Assembly (NCBI GenBank): GCA_035294545.1
Contig: DATGKS010000068.1
Coordinates: 1,389-65,388, forward strand
Reading direction: 5' to 3'
Origin: Solirubrobacteraceae bacterium
GTDB taxonomy: Bacteria > Actinomycetota > Thermoleophilia > Solirubrobacterales > Solirubrobacteraceae
Length of the DNA: 64,000 bases
Part shown: in pieces, positions 1 to 9,057 of the stretch
Layout: each line of letters opens with the position of its first letter
Numbering within the stretch: the stretch's first letter is position 1
Program-made: the position numbers and the translations under genes
Notes under the pieces: model-generated
What the model saw: only the letters and a program-made list of their open reading frames with translations
Told to the model about the DNA's origin: nothing
Databases searched by the model: none

Positions 1-341
1 TGGCGCAGCGCGTACTCGAGCTCGGAGGTCCGGTAGGCGGGGTTGATGTTGACGAGGATCACCCCGATCCGGGCGGTGGCGAACTGCACGAGCGTCCACT
101 CGTGCCGGTTCGGGCTCCAGATCCCGAGCCGGTCCCCCGTCCGCAGGCCGGCGGCGAGCAGCGCGCGCGCGACCTCGTCGACCGCCTGGCCAAGTTCGCG
201 CCAGCTCAGGCGCACGTCCTCGGCGCAGGAGACGAGCGCGTCGCGGTCGGGCCAGCGAGCGACCGTGCGATCGAGGTTGGCGCCGATCGTCTCCTCAAGC
301 AGGGGAACCGTCTCGGCTCCCCTGGCATACGCCTCACTCAC
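1..341 (-). CDS. AMP-dependent acyl-CoA synthetase/ligase, N-terminal part (gene runs off the left edge)
   Basis: Reverse translation from GTG at 341 gives [37 protein letters not shown]...[21 protein letters not shown], a typical N-terminus of AMP-binding ligases. GGGAGG lies 7 nt upstream of the GTG. It is absent from the ORF track because there is no stop inside the window. Confidence 0.7.
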   Translation of the reverse strand, partial: MSEAYARGAETVPLLEETIGANLDRTVARWPDRDALVSCAEDVRLSWRELGQAVDEVARALLAAGLRTGDRLGIWSPNRHEWTLVQFATARIGVILVNINPAYRTSELEYALR

Positions 342-434
342 GTGTGACCTCCCTCGCTGTCGAACCCCGATTCTACGGCTCGGAGAGCGGCCCGCCCCCC
401 GCCGACGGAGAGCGTCATCCGTTCGCGCCCTAAG

Positions 435-1199
435 ATGAATCGTCTGATGCCGTCGACCGTCTCCGCGGCGCCTGACTGCAGGCTGCTGGAGGAGGATCCC
501 GAACTCGGAGAAATGCTCCCTGGCGAGCGCCGCGCCGCGGCGGCCGAGCGGTGCACGGCGAGCACGGTGCGCGTGCCCCGCGGGCGCTGGACGATCCCCG
601 GCTCGATGCACCTGTTCGACGGGATCGGACTGCTCGTGCTCGAGGGGCTGCTCCTGCGGCGGGTCGGCGTCGATGGCCGGTTCGGCGCGGAGATCGTCGG
701 CGAGGGCGACCTGATGCGCCCGCGCTACGGCGTGCCGCCGACGACGACGCTTCCGGTGACCGCCGGGTGGCGCGTGCTCACCCCCGCGAGGCTCGCGGTG
801 CTCGACGTCGAGGCCGCGCGGCGCTTCTCCGAGTTTCCGGAGCTGACCGGCGCGTTCGTCGACCGCGCGCTCAACCGCACGCGCAACCTGCAGATCTTGA
901 TGGCGATCGTCCACCACGCGCGCGTCAACGTGCGCGTGCACATGCTCCTCTGGCACCTGGCCGATCGCTGGGGGCGGGTGCGCAGCGAGGGCGTCCTCCT
1001 GCCGCTGTCGATCACCCACTCGGTGCTTGCGGACATGGTTGCCGCCCGGCGTCCGACGGTGACAAGCGCGCTGTCCGAACTCTCGCGCATGGACCTCGTG
1101 CGCCCCGTCGAGAGCGGCTGGCTGCTGCGCGGCGAGCGTCCCGGCGAGCTCGAGGAGCTCGCCATCCCGGACGTGAGCGGCGACGCGGCCGCCGCCTGA
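435..1199 (+). CDS. Crp/Fnr-family transcriptional regulator
   Basis: 254-aa ORF. A cNMP-binding-like region ([32 protein letters not shown]) is followed by a C-terminal HTH ([31 protein letters not shown]). Divergent from the ligase gene. Confidence 0.75.
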   Translation: MNRLMPSTVSAAPDCRLLEEDPELGEMLPGERRAAAAERCTASTVRVPRGRWTIPGSMHLFDGIGLLVLEGLLLRRVGVDGRFGAEIVGEGDLMRPRYGVPPTTTLPVTAGWRVLTPARLAVLDVEAARRFSEFPELTGAFVDRALNRTRNLQILMAIVHHARVNVRVHMLLWHLADRWGRVRSEGVLLPLSITHSVLADMVAARRPTVTSALSELSRMDLVRPVESGWLLRGERPGELEELAIPDVSGDAAAA

Positions 1200-1273
1200 G
1201 CCGGCGACCCGATGGGCGTTCATGCCACGCGGGCACGCCGTGCTCGACGTCTGACCGCAGGCGCGGAAAACCT

Positions 1274-1852
1274 TCAGGAACCTTCGCCGGGCTCGGCGAC
1301 GATGTCTTCGACGGCGACGTCGACCCGCGAGACGGCCGCACCCGCCTGCGTTTCGAGGTCCGTGAACACCCGCTCCCGGACGCGCTCGGCGAGCCTGTCG
1401 ATCGGGGGCCCGAGCACGGCGACGAGACGGAGCGCGACCCGCACGCTGCCGGGCCGCTCGGGGTCCTCGCCGGCGCTCCGGACGGTCGCGAGCGCCACGC
1501 CGGGCACCGACATCGCGCTCGCCCGCACCAGCCGCGCGAGCACCGCATCGGCGACGCGCGTCTCGCCGAGCTCGGCGTCGATCACCATCCCTGCGCCGCC
1601 GGATCGGACGAGCGCTTGGATGCGAGCGACGATCCGCTCGGTGAGATCCTCCGGGATCGCGACCGCGGCCCGCGCGACCGCCTGAAACTCCTCCCACGCC
1701 TCGCGGATCGCCTCCAGCGCGGTCTGGCAGTACCGGCAGGCCGCCTGATGCGCACGATCGAGCGGCGCAGCGCCCTCGGTCACCTGGGCGATCAGGTCAT
1801 CGAGCGAGGCGCCGCACGGGAGCGACCCGGCATGGGCGTCGTCTAGCGCCAT
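1274..1852 (-). CDS. Putative anti-sigma factor: ZAS-type (H-x3-C-x2-C) N-terminus fused to an Asp23/alkaline-shock-like domain
   Basis: 192-aa ORF overlapping the upstream sigma gene stop by 10 nt. Ligand spacing is C13, H35-x3-C39-x2-C42 (HQAACRYC). The C-terminal half resembles Asp23/DUF322 ([14 protein letters not shown]...[11 protein letters not shown]). No TM segment. Confidence 0.6.
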   Translation of the reverse strand: MALDDAHAGSLPCGASLDDLIAQVTEGAAPLDRAHQAACRYCQTALEAIREAWEEFQAVARAAVAIPEDLTERIVARIQALVRSGGAGMVIDAELGETRVADAVLARLVRASAMSVPGVALATVRSAGEDPERPGSVRVALRLVAVLGPPIDRLAERVRERVFTDLETQAGAAVSRVDVAVEDIVAEPGEGS

Positions 1853-2487
1853 CCCACCGTCCTCTTTAGCACCTCGGCGCGCGCCCGGTGGATGCGGCTC
1901 TTCACCGCGCCCTCGCCGATCCCGAGCACCTCGGCGACCTCGGCGTAGGAGAGGCCCTCGTAGTCGCGGAGCACGAGCGCGAGCCGCTGGTCATCCGGCA
2001 GCCGCGAGACCGCGCGCGAGACCGCGTCCATCCGCTCGCGCTGTGCCACGAGCCACGCCGGATCATCGGTTTCGACCGCAACATCGCCTTCGCGCAGCGG
2101 CGCCGAGGCGCGCCGCGCCGCGAGCATGCTCACGCAGCGGTTGGTGACGATCCGGTACAGCCACGTCGCGACCGAGCTCTCGCCCCGGAACCGCGGCAGC
2201 GACCGCCAGGCCCGCACGAACGTGTCCTGGGCGGCATCCTGCGCGTCGGCATCGGACTCGAGCATGCGCAGCGCGATCCGGTACACCCGCCCCTGATGCC
2301 GCCGCACGAGCTCGGAGAACGCGTCCACGTCCCCCGCGCGCGCCGCATCGACGAGCAGCGCATCATCGACGAACAGGACCACGACCGCGAGACGATAAGC
2401 CCCTCTCAGCTGAGCGCGAACGGCGCGAGCACGACGCCCCTCATCCTCGCCCGCGCCGGGAGGCGTCGCGGTAGCGCTCGAGAGCAT
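1843..2487 (-). CDS. ECF-type RNA polymerase sigma-70 factor
   Basis: Region 2 is FSELVRRHQGRVYRIALRMLESDADAQDAAQDTFVRAW and region 4 is LSYAEVAEVLGIGEGAVKSRIHRAR. The first 47 nt overlap the photolyase 3' end, so the real start may be the in-frame GTG at 2382. Confidence 0.85.
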   Translation of the reverse strand: MLSSATATPPGAGEDEGRRARAVRAQLRGAYRLAVVVLFVDDALLVDAARAGDVDAFSELVRRHQGRVYRIALRMLESDADAQDAAQDTFVRAWRSLPRFRGESSVATWLYRIVTNRCVSMLAARRASAPLREGDVAVETDDPAWLVAQRERMDAVSRAVSRLPDDQRLALVLRDYEGLSYAEVAEVLGIGEGAVKSRIHRARAEVLKRTVGWR

Positions 2488-3871
2488 CGCGCCGGGCCGC
2501 GGCGTGGTCGACGATCGGCTTCGGGTAGTCGCGTCCGATGCGGCAGTTGGCCTGCCGCTGCACGGCGTCGGGCATCCGCCACGGCTCGGCGAGGTGCTCG
2601 TCGGGCACCTCGGAGAGCTCAGGCACGTGGTGGCGCACGTACGCGCCGTCGGGATCGAAGCGTCGCTGCTGGACGGCGGGGTTGAACATGCGGCGGAACG
2701 CGGGCTGCGGATCGGCGCCGACCGAGGCGATCCACTGCCAGTTGCCGTTGTTCGAGGCCTCGTCGCCGTCGAGCAGCAGGCGCATGAACCAGCGCTCGCC
2801 CCAGCGCCAGTCGATGCCGAGATCCTTGCTGAGGAACGAGCCGGCGATCAGCCGCGCGCGGTTGTGCATCCACCCCTCGCGGCGGAGCTGGCGCATCGCG
2901 GCGTCGACCGCCGGGAACCCGGTTCGCCCCTCGCACCACGCCTCGAAGCGCCGTGGCGCTCGACTCCAGCGCAGCGTTCCGCGGTAGCGCTCCTGAAGCT
3001 CCTCGTCGACGACGGCGGGGAAGTGGGCGAGCACGTGAGCGAAGAAGTCGCGCCAGCAGAGCTGCCGGCGATACGCGGCGCCGCCAGGACCGGTCCGCTC
3101 CTGCGCCCGTTGCTCAAGCTCGCGCGCGGACAGGGAGCCGAAGTGCAGGTAGGGCGAGAGGCGCGAGACCCCGTCGCCCGCGAGCAGGTCGCGTCCCTCG
3201 GCGTACCCGTCGATCGGGCCGTCGATGAACCGTCGCAGCGCCCGCCGCGCCGCGCGCTCCCCGCCCGGCGCCGGCTCAGGGACCTCCTGGCGCAGACCGA
3301 GCGCCGCGAGCGTCGGCAGCTCACCGGTCGGCGGCCCACCGGCCGGCGACGCGCCCAGGCCCGGCAGGGTCCGCGGCGCGGGGAGCACGTCCCGGCGCGG
3401 TCGTCGCAGCCAGCTTCGGTGAAACGGCGTGAACGTCGTGTAGGGCTCCTCTGCGCCGGTGAGCACGTCCTGGGGCGCGTCGACCGCGAATACTCCGGGA
3501 TGGGCGATGACCCGCACGCCGTCGCGGGCGAGCGCCGCGGTGACGGCCGCCTGGCGGCGACGCGCGAACGGGCTCACGTCGGCGGTGAGGTGCACCACGG
3601 TCGCGCCGGTGCGCCGTGCGAGCTCCGGCAGCTCGCGCTCGGGCCGGCCACGGCGCACGACGAGCCCGCTGCCTCGGGCGCGCAGCGCCTCGTCGAGCTC
3701 GGCCAGGCACTCGAGCAGGAACTGGGTGCGCGGCCCGGACGCGTGCCGGCCGCCGAGCAACCGGTCGTCGAAGCAGAACACGGGAATCAGCGCGTCATCG
3801 CGGCGGGCGGCGTGCAGCGCCGGATGGTCGTGCAGGCGAAGCTCCCGCCGGAGCCAGAGCAGCGCGGTCAT
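2441..3871 (-). CDS. phr: Deoxyribodipyrimidine photolyase
   Basis: 476 aa from ATG 3871 (MTALLWLRRELRLHDHPAL...). The FAD-binding C-terminal signature is LLDGDEASNNGNWQWIASVGADPQP. The 646-aa track ORF is this gene plus a spurious upstream extension. Confidence 0.9.
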   Translation of the reverse strand: MTALLWLRRELRLHDHPALHAARRDDALIPVFCFDDRLLGGRHASGPRTQFLLECLAELDEALRARGSGLVVRRGRPERELPELARRTGATVVHLTADVSPFARRRQAAVTAALARDGVRVIAHPGVFAVDAPQDVLTGAEEPYTTFTPFHRSWLRRPRRDVLPAPRTLPGLGASPAGGPPTGELPTLAALGLRQEVPEPAPGGERAARRALRRFIDGPIDGYAEGRDLLAGDGVSRLSPYLHFGSLSARELEQRAQERTGPGGAAYRRQLCWRDFFAHVLAHFPAVVDEELQERYRGTLRWSRAPRRFEAWCEGRTGFPAVDAAMRQLRREGWMHNRARLIAGSFLSKDLGIDWRWGERWFMRLLLDGDEASNNGNWQWIASVGADPQPAFRRMFNPAVQQRRFDPDGAYVRHHVPELSEVPDEHLAEPWRMPDAVQRQANCRIGRDYPKPIVDHAAARRDALERYRDASRRGRG

Positions 3872-4326
3872 CCGAGGATCCGCCTCACCGCGTCGCGCCG
3901 GTAGGCGAAGATCCGCTGCAGGTCGCGACGCACGAACAGCGGATGGGCGAGCTCGCCGACTGGGCCGAGCGGCGGCGCGTAGTGGACCTCGTCGGAGACG
4001 ACGGTCCCGCCGGCCGCGGCCCGGAAGCGATGGCGGTGGTGCCACAGGCGGTATGGACCGCGCAGCTGGCGGTCGACGAACTCGCACCCCGGGCGCCAGA
4101 CCTCGATCTGCGACGTCCATCCCACCGGCACGCCGTGCACGCGCAGCCGGTAGTCGATGAGGGTTCCCTCCGCCATCTCGACGGGCTCGGGCGTGCGCAC
4201 CTCGAAGCGCAGCCACGGCGGCGTGATCCGCTCGAGGTTGCGCGCGGCAGCGAAGAACGAGAACACCTCGTCGATCGGCCGATCGACATGCTGCTCGGCG
4301 TGCAGACGATGGACCGCCATCGTCAA
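3868..4326 (-). CDS. SRPBCC (START/polyketide-cyclase-like) family protein
   Basis: 152-aa ORF with an ATGA stop/start overlap to phr. The fold-family call rests on overall similarity to SRPBCC proteins that accompany TIGR01777 epimerases. Confidence 0.75.
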   Translation of the reverse strand: MTMAVHRLHAEQHVDRPIDEVFSFFAAARNLERITPPWLRFEVRTPEPVEMAEGTLIDYRLRVHGVPVGWTSQIEVWRPGCEFVDRQLRGPYRLWHHRHRFRAAAGGTVVSDEVHYAPPLGPVGELAHPLFVRRDLQRIFAYRRDAVRRILG

Positions 4327-5243
4327 CCGACGACGTCGCGCAGCGCCGCCTCCAACTCGGGATGGGCGAACTCGAAGTCAAGCTCCTCGAGGCGCGCCGG
4401 CACGGCGCGCTGCCCGGCGCAGACGAGCTCGGCCATCTCGCCGTAGAGGAGCCGCAGCGCGGGCCCGGGGACCGGCAGCACCGCCGGACGACCGAGTGCG
4501 CGGCCGAGCGCCCGGGAGAGCTCGGCGTTCGTCACCGGAGCGGGCGCGGTCAGGTTGAGCGGACCGTTCGCCCGCCCGTCGTCGACGCAGTGCACGAGGC
4601 CGCGGACGACGTCGTCGAGGTGGATCCACGGCACGTACTGCCGGCCGCCGGCCACCGGGCCCCCGAGCCCCAGCTTGAAGAACGGGAGCATCCTGGCGAG
4701 CGCTCCCCCGCGTCCCGAGAGCACGACCCCCGTCCGGGTCCGGGCGACCCGCATCATCCCCGCCGCCGCTTCCGCCTCTCGCTCCCAGCCGACCACGACA
4801 TCGGCGAGGAATCCCGTGCCCGGCCCGGCGTCCTCGGTGAGCCGCGTGTCGTCGCGGCGCGGTCCGTAGTACCCGACGGCCGACTGGGAGACGAGCACGC
4901 GCGGACGCTGCTCGGCCTCGAGCGCCCGCAGGCCGGCCACGAGCGAGCGGGTTCCGAGCACTCGGGAATCGGCGATCCGCCGCTTGGCCTCGGGGGTCCA
5001 GCGCTGGTCGATCGGCTCCCCGAGGAGATGGACGACGGCGTCGGCGCCGCGCAGCGCCGCCGCCGGCGGGGGGGCTGAGGTCGGGTCGCTCCACACGGAC
5101 ACCTCCACATCGCCGCCGAGCGCGCGCCGCGCTCGCTCGGCGTCCCGGGACAGCGCCACGACCTGGTCGCCGCGCTCGCGCAGCGCCCGGGCGAGCGCCG
5201 CGCCGATCGTTCCCGTCGCGCCCGTGATCGTCACCCGCATCAT
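4323..5243 (-). CDS. TIGR01777-type NAD-dependent epimerase/dehydratase (YfcH-like, with DUF1731 C-terminus)
   Basis: Contains MMRVTITGATGTIGAAL (Rossmann GxxGxxG). The start is taken at ATG 5243, which makes an ATGA overlap with the upstream ORF stop. There is a 4-nt overlap with the SRPBCC gene. Confidence 0.85.
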   Translation of the reverse strand: MMRVTITGATGTIGAALARALRERGDQVVALSRDAERARRALGGDVEVSVWSDPTSAPPPAAALRGADAVVHLLGEPIDQRWTPEAKRRIADSRVLGTRSLVAGLRALEAEQRPRVLVSQSAVGYYGPRRDDTRLTEDAGPGTGFLADVVVGWEREAEAAAGMMRVARTRTGVVLSGRGGALARMLPFFKLGLGGPVAGGRQYVPWIHLDDVVRGLVHCVDDGRANGPLNLTAPAPVTNAELSRALGRALGRPAVLPVPGPALRLLYGEMAELVCAGQRAVPARLEELDFEFAHPELEAALRDVVG

Positions 5244-5467
5244 CCGTCCCCCGTTCGGTTCGTCGTCGTGAGCCACCTGGATCCGCATGAGGTCGTGGTC
5301 GCCAGAGCCAGCGTGAGGAGCGCGGAGGCGCCGGCAACGGCGACCGTGGCCGCCAGGGATCCGTCCGGAAGCCCGCGGCGGGCGGCCGCGGTGCTCGCGA
5401 TGTCCGCCAGATCCCCGGCGACCCGCGTCGCCAGCACGGCCGCCATCGCGTCCCTTCGCCTACTCAT
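5240..5467 (-). CDS. Hypothetical small hydrophobic protein
   Basis: 75-aa ORF with high third-position GC over most of its length. It is translationally coupled on both sides (overlaps at 5240-5243 and 5460-5467). No family recognised. Confidence 0.35.
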   Translation of the reverse strand: MSRRRDAMAAVLATRVAGDLADIASTAAARRGLPDGSLAATVAVAGASALLTLALATTTSCGSRWLTTTNRTGDG

Positions 5468-5693
5468 GGCGTCGCAGCGAGTCGCCGATCAGCCAGATCG
5501 TCGGCGGCCACAGACCGACGAACAGCGCGCGCCGCTCGGCGTTGCCGCGCTCGTCCTGGTCGACCGTCTTGGCGCGGATCCAGAGCGCGATGCACAGTCC
5601 GACCGACCCGAGCGAGAAAAGCTGCATGTGATCGGAGCGTAGGCCGGCGCGATGGAGGTATCGAACAATCATGCGGCATAACCCTACCCACAT
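5460..5693 (-). CDS. Hypothetical small membrane protein (first gene of the photolyase operon)
   Basis: 77-aa ORF with hydrophobic stretches (LFSLGSVGLCIALWI, LFVGLWPPTIWLIG). The first ~20 codons are A/T-ending, so the real start may be ATG 5627. Confidence 0.4.
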   Translation of the reverse strand: MWVGLCRMIVRYLHRAGLRSDHMQLFSLGSVGLCIALWIRAKTVDQDERGNAERRALFVGLWPPTIWLIGDSLRRHE

Positions 5694-5702
5694 CGACCGG
5701 TT

Positions 5703-5725
5703 AACCTCAACGCTCTGTTGAGGTT
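5703..5725. promoter_or_regulatory. Perfect 9-bp inverted repeat (AACCTCAAC-N5-GTTGAGGTT) in a divergent promoter region; candidate operator
   Basis: Read directly at 5703-5725, between the divergent starts at 5693 (-) and 5744 (+). It cannot be a terminator because both genes point away. On the minus strand, TTGAGG followed 18 nt later by TAGGGT gives a plausible -35/-10 pair overlapping the repeat. Confidence 0.4.
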
Positions 5726-5743
5726 TCCGACGAGAACCGCCTG

Positions 5744-6451
5744 ATGCCGCGGCGACCGACGTGGAGACGCCGCTGGCTGATCGCGGCCACCTGGCCGGTG
5801 GGCGTCGCGCTCACCTCCTGGGACTACATGTGGCGCACGACGCCGCTGCATCGCAGCGAGCGAATCATCGCCGAGGACGCCGTCGAGGTGCCGCCGTTCC
5901 CGGCCGGGATCAGCGCCGAGGAGGTGCAGGGCGAACGCGACGGGCACGGGGCGCTCTTCCATCGCCGCTACCGGACGGTCATCCGCGACGCCGACACGCG
6001 CTGCGAGGAGCTCATGGCGGCAGTGAACCGCAACCTCAACCGCCCCGCGCCGACGACGTTCGCGCGGTTCGAGAAGGTGCTCGGGGACGAGCGGCGACTG
6101 GCGGCCGGCGACGAGTTCGTCGTCCGCATGCCGGGGCCGTGGGATGGCCCGGTGCGGGTGGTCGCCGTCGGCCCGCGCTCGTTTCGTCTCGCGACCCTGC
6201 GCGGGCATCTGGAGGCGGGACAGATCGAGTTTCGGGTCGACGAGACGCCCGAGGGGGCGGTGAGCTTCGAGATCGAGTCGTGGGCGCGCTCGAGCAGTCG
6301 GCTCGTCAACGTCCTGTACCACCATCTGCGGATGGCCAAGGAGGTTCAGGCGCACATGTGGATCTCGTTCCTCGAGGGCGTCGTCTCGCTGTCCGGCGGG
6401 CGCATGGAGGGCGGCGTGCGGATGAGCACCGAGCGGGTGCCGGAGCGCTGA
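5744..6451 (+). CDS. DUF1990-family protein
   Basis: 235-aa ORF with segments FHRRYRTVIRDA, GDEFVVRMPGPWDGPVRVV and GHLEAGQIEFRV, typical of DUF1990 as I recall it. Confidence 0.7.
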   Translation: MPRRPTWRRRWLIAATWPVGVALTSWDYMWRTTPLHRSERIIAEDAVEVPPFPAGISAEEVQGERDGHGALFHRRYRTVIRDADTRCEELMAAVNRNLNRPAPTTFARFEKVLGDERRLAAGDEFVVRMPGPWDGPVRVVAVGPRSFRLATLRGHLEAGQIEFRVDETPEGAVSFEIESWARSSSRLVNVLYHHLRMAKEVQAHMWISFLEGVVSLSGGRMEGGVRMSTERVPER

Positions 6452-6452
6452 C

Positions 6453-7214
6453 ATGGCCGCCGCGGAGATGCTGGGGCCGCCGCGCGTGAGACGCATGCTC
6501 GCCGGGCTTCCCGGGCGGGCGCTCAACTTCGACCCCGCCGCGCTGCGGGACGCGGATCCCGGGAAGGGCTGGCGAATCACCGATCTGCGCCAGACGCTGC
6601 CCGGCGAGCCGCCGGGTCCCCCGCTTCCGGATGGCAGCTGGGAGATCGCGCGGCGGCTGATGCGCGGCTACGAGTTCGCCGACCCCTCGATCGTCCACGC
6701 CTACTACGACCCCGCGATCCCGCTCGAGAATCGCAACATGGTGCTGGAGCTGCGGGCGCTCGGCGTGCTCCACCTGCTCGTGGGGGTGCGCGTCGCCGAG
6801 GTGTACGAGCGCGAGAGCCGGATCGGGACACGGCCCGTGACAGTCTGGGGCTGGAGCTACCGCACGCTCGAGGGCCACGTCGAGATGGGACAGATGGACT
6901 GGCAGGTGTGGAAGTGGGCCGACAGCGGCGAGGTCGAGTTCCGCGTGCATGCGGTCTCCCGCGAGGCGCCGATCGCCAACCCGATCGTCGCGCTCGGCTT
7001 CCGGCTGCTCCGCGGTCGCGAGCGCGAGCGCTTCCTGCAGAGCACCCGGCGGCGCATGCGGACGTTCGTCGAGCTCGCGCTCGCCGACCCCGATCGCGGC
7101 GGTGAGCCGGTGCGCGCGGCGGCGGCCGAGCTCACCGCGCGGCGCTCTCCGGCCGACGACCCGGCCCACGCCGAGTTGGCTCGCGGCCTCGACCACGAAG
7201 GAGGCTCTGTCTGA
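6453..7214 (+). CDS. DUF1990-family protein (second paralogue)
   Basis: 253-aa ORF starting 1 nt after the previous stop. Contains WGWSYRTLEGHVEMGQMDWQVWKW and EVEFRVHAVSR. Confidence 0.7.
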   Translation: MAAAEMLGPPRVRRMLAGLPGRALNFDPAALRDADPGKGWRITDLRQTLPGEPPGPPLPDGSWEIARRLMRGYEFADPSIVHAYYDPAIPLENRNMVLELRALGVLHLLVGVRVAEVYERESRIGTRPVTVWGWSYRTLEGHVEMGQMDWQVWKWADSGEVEFRVHAVSREAPIANPIVALGFRLLRGRERERFLQSTRRRMRTFVELALADPDRGGEPVRAAAAELTARRSPADDPAHAELARGLDHEGGSV

Positions 7215-7483
7215 TGGTCCGCGGATACGTCATCGCCCAGCGGCCGAACCGCCCGCTCATGCTCGCAGTCGCCGCCGCCGCGCTCGCCCGCGGCACCGGC
7301 GGCGCCACCGCCCGGCGGGCGGCGACCGCCGCCCGGCTCAGCCTGCTGTGGTGGTCCTACGAGGAGCTCGTCGATGGGGCGAACGCGTTTCGCCGGCTGC
7401 TTGGCGCGCTCGGCGGCGCCTACTGCGTCTCGGCCCTCGTCCGCGAGCTGCGCGGGCCATCGAGCGCCTCCGGCCCGAGGTAG
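7214..7483 (+). CDS. Hypothetical small membrane protein
   Basis: 89-aa ORF whose start overlaps the upstream stop (TGATG). GC3 is consistently high. Hydrophobic segments are LMLAVAAAALA and LLGALGGAYCVSALV. Confidence 0.5.
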   Translation: MVRGYVIAQRPNRPLMLAVAAAALARGTGGATARRAATAARLSLLWWSYEELVDGANAFRRLLGALGGAYCVSALVRELRGPSSASGPR

Positions 7484-8301
7484 GAGAGCGTGCGGTTGGT
7501 GATCGCCGCCGCCAGCCTGAGCTGCTCCGGCACGAGCGGGGCGGGCGGGCGCCCGAGCCGGTCCGCGACCCGCTGGGGCAGCTCGGGGGCGGCGGCGCCC
7601 GCGATCTCCGCGCAGACGCGGGCCGCGGTGTGCGCGACCGCCGGCTCGACGCTCCAGATCGCCTCGAGCACCCGGGCTCGGCCACGCCGGCCACCCGGCG
7701 CCGGCGGTCGCTCCCACGCCGCGAGGCACACGCTGTGCCCGGGCGCACAGCACACGATCGTCCATTCCCGCGCGAGCGGGTGGCCCGGCCCCACCGGGAC
7801 CTCGAGCGGCCCGTCGGACGGCGCGCGCACCCGCTCGAAATCGGCGAACACGATCGCCAGCTCCGCGCTCTCCGAGAGCTCGCGCCAGCGCGGCTCCGCC
7901 TGGCGGTAGAAGCGCTCGGTCTGGAACGAGGCGAACAGGAGCGCCCGCTCCGCGCGGGCGAGGCTCTCATCCTCGATCGCGCGGGAGAGCGCGAGCAGCA
8001 CCGGCTTGCGCAGGGGACGTGGCTCGAGGTCGGGCCTCCGCGCCCGCACGTCCGCCCACACCGATCCGCCCCCGTGGTGGTTCTCGCTCGTGACCCGCGC
8101 GATCGCCCCGGCGAGCGACATGCCGGCCGCGCGCTCGCCGGCGAGGCGGCGCACGAGCTCGACGTCGGTCTCGCTGTAGCGCCGGTGCCCGCTCGGCAGC
8201 CGCCGCGGCGCGGGGAAGCCGTGTCGCCGCTCCCACATCCGGAGCGTGCCCTCGGAGACGCCGGTGCGCGCCGCGAGCTCGCCGATCGACAGATCGCTCA
8301 C
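7420..8301 (-). CDS. MerR-family transcriptional regulator with a C-terminal putative sensor domain
   Basis: 293 aa from GTG 8301. The MerR HTH is LSIGELAARTGVSEGTLRMWERRHGFPAPRRLPSGHRRYSETDVELV, followed by a ~200-aa C-terminal domain (DICT-like by recollection). The 506-aa track ORF is an upstream over-extension. Confidence 0.8.
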   Translation of the reverse strand: MSDLSIGELAARTGVSEGTLRMWERRHGFPAPRRLPSGHRRYSETDVELVRRLAGERAAGMSLAGAIARVTSENHHGGGSVWADVRARRPDLEPRPLRKPVLLALSRAIEDESLARAERALLFASFQTERFYRQAEPRWRELSESAELAIVFADFERVRAPSDGPLEVPVGPGHPLAREWTIVCCAPGHSVCLAAWERPPAPGGRRGRARVLEAIWSVEPAVAHTAARVCAEIAGAAAPELPQRVADRLGRPPAPLVPEQLRLAAAITNRTLSYLGPEALDGPRSSRTRAETQ

Positions 8302-8368
8302 CGAAGCTTCCTGAACATGAACACGGTGTGCAGCTTTCCCTCCAGGACTGTATCCGGCGCGCGGGCCC

Positions 8369-8400
8369 GGTGATCCGAAACATGGTGCGACCACGTATGC
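8369..8400 (+). promoter_or_regulatory. Candidate ECF-sigma promoter GGTGATCC-N18-GTATGC upstream of the sigma gene
   Basis: Read directly. TGATCC is at 8371-8376, 73 nt upstream of the ATG at 8449. The same octamer occurs upstream of tatA and of the ferritin-like gene. Confidence 0.35.
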
Positions 8401-8448
8401 GCAGTTGAGGAGGCCCCGCGCCGGACACGGCGCAGCCCATCCACCACA

Positions 8449-9057
8449 ATGCACCCGATGCTCCCCTTTCGCCAGCAGCGGGACGACCCGCGCCGCCTCG
8501 CCGACGAGGACCTGATGGCGCGCGTCCGGGACGGTGACACGCGCGCGTTCGAGGTGATCTTCGATCGCCACGCGGACGTCGCGTTCTCGCTCGCCTACCG
8601 GATGTGCGGCCGGCGCGCGGTCGCCGAGGAGATCGTGCAGGACGCGTTCTTGTCGCTGTGGCGGTCCGGCGCCCGCTACGACCGCACCCGCGGCAGCGTG
8701 CGCTCGTGGGTCCTCGGCGTCGTCCACAACCGGGCGATCGACCTCTTCCGCCGGGAGTCGACCCGCAGCTCCCGGGACGTCTCCGACGAGCAGGCTGTCG
8801 CGCGGCTGCCCTCCGGGGACTCGACGGAGCGCGAGGTCGAGCGCCGCGACGACGCCGCCCAGGTGCAGGCCGCGCTCGCCGACCTGCCCGCCGAGCAGCG
8901 CCAGGTGATCGAGCTCGCCTACTACGGCGGCTTCAGCCATGCCGAGATCTCGACGATGCTCGAGCTGCCACCGGGGACCGTGAAGGGCCGGATGCGACTC
9001 GCCCTCTCGAAGCTGCGGGTCACGCTCGGCGAGCCCCAGGAGGTGGTGAGGCGATGA
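8449..9057 (+). CDS. ECF sigma factor (SigK-like by gene context)
   Basis: 202 aa. Region 2 is FEVIFDRHADVAFSLAYRMCGRRAVAEEIVQDAFLSLW and region 4 is FSHAEISTMLELPPGTVKGRMRLAL. ATGA overlap with the anti-sigma gene. Confidence 0.9.
   Translation: MHPMLPFRQQRDDPRRLADEDLMARVRDGDTRAFEVIFDRHADVAFSLAYRMCGRRAVAEEIVQDAFLSLWRSGARYDRTRGSVRSWVLGVVHNRAIDLFRRESTRSSRDVSDEQAVARLPSGDSTEREVERRDDAAQVQAALADLPAEQRQVIELAYYGGFSHAEISTMLELPPGTVKGRMRLALSKLRVTLGEPQEVVRR

Noticed and set aside
53-60. A fourth GGTGATCC octamer (minus strand)
   Set aside because: It lies inside the coding region of the acyl-CoA ligase gene with no downstream gene start, so it is most likely a chance occurrence.
2441-4381. The 646-aa ORF as one large fusion protein
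   Set aside because: Only the C-terminal 476 aa (from ATG 3871) are photolyase. The N-terminal 170 aa are an out-of-frame read through the SRPBCC gene, which has its own well-supported frame and an ATGA junction.
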